From contig CAXXLZ010000002.1 in the NCBI GenBank assembly GCA_963675595.2, positions 1,024,001 to 1,088,000 on the forward strand: 64,000 bases of DNA, in the 5' to 3' direction. Origin of the DNA: Thermodesulfobacteriota bacterium. GTDB lineage: Bacteria > Desulfobacterota > Desulfarculia > JACQYL01. A program made the position numbers and the translations under genes. Positions within the stretch are counted from its first letter, which is position 1; each line of letters begins with the position of its first letter. This document shows, piece by piece, positions 61,950-64,000 of the stretch. The notes below the pieces were generated by a model, which saw only the letters and a list, made by a program, of their open reading frames with translations, was not told the origin of the DNA and ran no database searches.

Positions 61950-63829
61950 TTGATGCCGTCGTAAGAACCCCCCTTTACGAACAGGGCTGTTTTTTGGAGC
62001 ATTGGAAGTTCAAGCGGCCATTGCAACACTGCCAAGGTTACTGTCATCGTGACATAGGCTACAAAGACGACGGAAATTATCGTTGCTGCCTCCCTCTATC
62101 GAGTTGGAAAGGGCCTTCTTGGCCTTATCAAGGCGGCTCTGGACGAACCTCTTGATGTTGATGGCCAGGGCCTTCATGAAAACAGATAAGGTGACCCGTT
62201 TTTTGCCTCGGGTCCACGATCGTTTCAATCCCGTGACCCGATCCGCTTCGGAGATGGTGGCCTCGATGCCGGACCGGATTTTGTAGCGTTCTTTGAAATC
62301 ATGGCTTTCCTGCTGTAGTCTGCGCTTGGAGGTCGCCATGTCCTTGCGCTTGTACTTCAGTCGATAATTTCCGCCCTTGATCCGTTTTACCGGACAGATG
62401 GGGAGAAATTCGCATAGGAGACAGTGCTCGCGGGAAAACACGGCTTCCACCGCTTTGCCGCGGTCAACGATCTTGCATTCAAGTGGCGCGTGCCCCCGGA
62501 TACAGTAAACGACCTGGGTGCAGTCCTCGTTCGTTTCAAAGTCACTCAACTGCATCTTATTGAGATCCGGCGCTTTTCCGCAAGTCACCGGAGCGGTAAG
62601 CTCGACTCCGTGCTCGTGAGCTTGAAGGATGTTCTCGCCGCTGCCGTAGCCTGCGTCGGCGAACAACTCTTCGGGTTTGCGGCCCGTTTCCTCCAGGCGT
62701 TCGATAACGGGCATCACGTCTTTCTGGTCGCTGTCATAGGAAGGGGCCACGTCCACATCGGTGATCACCTGGAAGGGATTTTCCTTCACGCAGGTCTCCG
62801 TGAGGGAAGCCTTATATCCTTTGCCCTTGCGCCCATAGGTGGCGTCGGGATCCGAAGGATTCTGCAGGGAGTCCGCAGGGATTTCCTTGGGCTTCTCGAG
62901 TTCTGTTTTGTCGGGATCTCCCTCGGTGAAACGGCATTGCTCCGACAGTAGTCGGGCCATCAGCCGGTATTCTTTCATTCGGCTGATTTCCGGATGACCT
63001 CGGAAGCGGTCCACCAGGTCGGCGAGATGGCGGGCGGACTTGTCCAGACGACGCTTGGCCCGCGATGATTTTGCATCGGCAAAATAGCCTGCGCGCTTCA
63101 AGTAGGCCTTGTCGTAAAGTCGGGGCAGTTTCTCATACAACTTGGGATGTTTCTTATGGAGCCGTTTCAAGAACGCCTCGATGGTGCGCGTAAAGAGCCC
63201 CAGACGGCTCAGATGAGCCATGTTGGAAGTGATCTGTGTGGAGTCCAACCGCTGTTTGTCCGTGCTAAGGGCCGCCGTCTCGATGATGGCGTCCGTGATT
63301 CCGGTAAAGAGGCTCCGCGCTTGCTTGTTGTCGGTAATCAAGGTCCGGAAATTGTGCAGGGTCTTCTGGCAGACGTGAGATTCAAAGGCGTTGATGTTGA
63401 AGGCATATTGCCAACGCAGATCGAAGTCCAGAGCGCCCAAGACTTCCGCATCGGTCAGGCTGTTCATTTCCTTCAAAACACACGCTCCGACAAGGATGGC
63501 CACGGGTCTGTTGGGCCTGCCGTTGTCCTCACAGTAGAAAGGCCGGAAAGACTCCTCATCGATCATGGGAAGCACCAGGCGCCGGAACGGACCGGCCCAC
63601 GTCTTCTCCAACGCCTCGATCCTGTCTGCGGGAAGGCAAATATCGTGGTCGAAAATGGTCTTTTGCGTTCTCTTAGGCCGAAACAAAACAACCCCCCTAA
63701 GGACCATATTATTAATCAAGTCAGATACTTATCATACAGGACCCAAAAGAAAGGTCAACCCATAAATGCCATTTTTATTCATATTTTCAACTAGATACCT
63801 TTACGGAGAGGTTTTTACGAACTCATCAA
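61950..63829 (-). mobile_element. Insertion sequence, IS1182/IS5-like, about 1.88 kb
   Basis: Imperfect terminal IRs TTGATGCCGTCGTAAGAA / TTGATGAGTTCGTAAAAA (14/18) enclosing a DDE transposase; no target duplication seen. Confidence 0.75.
62010..63719 (-). CDS. DDE transposase (DUF772 + DDE_Tnp_1_6 type)
   Basis: NGRP, RLDST, QNPSDPDATY, ADAGY, Cys cluster, YKIRSGIEATIS; true start may be the TTG at 63686. Confidence 0.9.
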   Translation of the reverse strand: MINNMVLRGVVLFRPKRTQKTIFDHDICLPADRIEALEKTWAGPFRRLVLPMIDEESFRPFYCEDNGRPNRPVAILVGACVLKEMNSLTDAEVLGALDFDLRWQYAFNINAFESHVCQKTLHNFRTLITDNKQARSLFTGITDAIIETAALSTDKQRLDSTQITSNMAHLSRLGLFTRTIEAFLKRLHKKHPKLYEKLPRLYDKAYLKRAGYFADAKSSRAKRRLDKSARHLADLVDRFRGHPEISRMKEYRLMARLLSEQCRFTEGDPDKTELEKPKEIPADSLQNPSDPDATYGRKGKGYKASLTETCVKENPFQVITDVDVAPSYDSDQKDVMPVIERLEETGRKPEELFADAGYGSGENILQAHEHGVELTAPVTCGKAPDLNKMQLSDFETNEDCTQVVYCIRGHAPLECKIVDRGKAVEAVFSREHCLLCEFLPICPVKRIKGGNYRLKYKRKDMATSKRRLQQESHDFKERYKIRSGIEATISEADRVTGLKRSWTRGKKRVTLSVFMKALAINIKRFVQSRLDKAKKALSNSIEGGSNDNFRRLCSLCHDDSNLGSVAMAA

Positions 63830-64000
63830 GCTCTGTGTTGCGCCGTTCCAGTCTCCGCTCCGCAGCCTTGATCTCACGCCACCGCCTCATGGAATATACG
63901 GCCATAGCTACCAACAAGAATAATGACGTCGGTATAATTTCATCCAATTCCCAATTTTCATGCCTTCTGGCGACTTCTGCAATACCTTCTAGGATATCGT
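63801..64000 (-). pseudogene. Membrane/sensor protein gene interrupted by the IS (5' part lies outside the window)
   Basis: Open frame DILEGIAEVARRHENWELDEIIPTSLFLLVAMAVYSMRRWREIKAAERRLERRNTE runs into the IS IR and stops there (LDEFVKTSP*). Confidence 0.55.

Overview
A GC-rich bacterial chromosomal window whose gene content and repeats suggest an anaerobic Desulfobacterota/Syntrophobacterales-type deltaproteobacterium (inference). Contents, left to right: (1) a translationally coupled operon encoding a HAMP-PP2C (SpoIIE/RsbU-like) phosphatase, a three-subunit xanthine-dehydrogenase-family molybdoenzyme, an MFS transporter and a GNAT-like protein. It faces a convergent pair encoding a HisC-like aminotransferase and a degenerate RsbW-like HATPase fused to a paralogue of the same GNAT-like protein. 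(2) A PAS-LuxR regulator with small Cys-rich/Fe-S proteins. (3) A MacAB-TolC-type exporter. (4) A NarL-type two-component locus with a duplicated response regulator, an MCP and a hybrid kinase. (5) An RND exporter and a nitroreductase. (6) An output-less Cache receptor, a membrane-anchored DEDDh exonuclease and a stand-alone DUF294 nucleotidyltransferase. (7) An oxidative-stress block (NemR-like TetR, AhpD-like protein, catalase, PerR/Fur). (8) A hybrid kinase, acyl-CoA dehydrogenase, TetR and two probable glycan-related genes. (9) A cluster of secreted proteins, two of which share a ~95-aa C-terminal repeat domain I do not recognise. (10) An FKBP PPIase and an IS1182/IS5-like element that truncates a gene at the right edge. 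Six copies of a ~150-bp MITE-like repeat, including deletion derivatives, are dispersed through the window. No rRNA, tRNA or CRISPR array was seen. The best candidates for an undescribed system are the PP2C-XDH-GNAT/pseudo-kinase-aminotransferase locus (1-9.7 kb) and the Cache/exonuclease/nucleotidyltransferase trio (37.3-41.6 kb). All calls are from motif recognition by eye; no searches were run.
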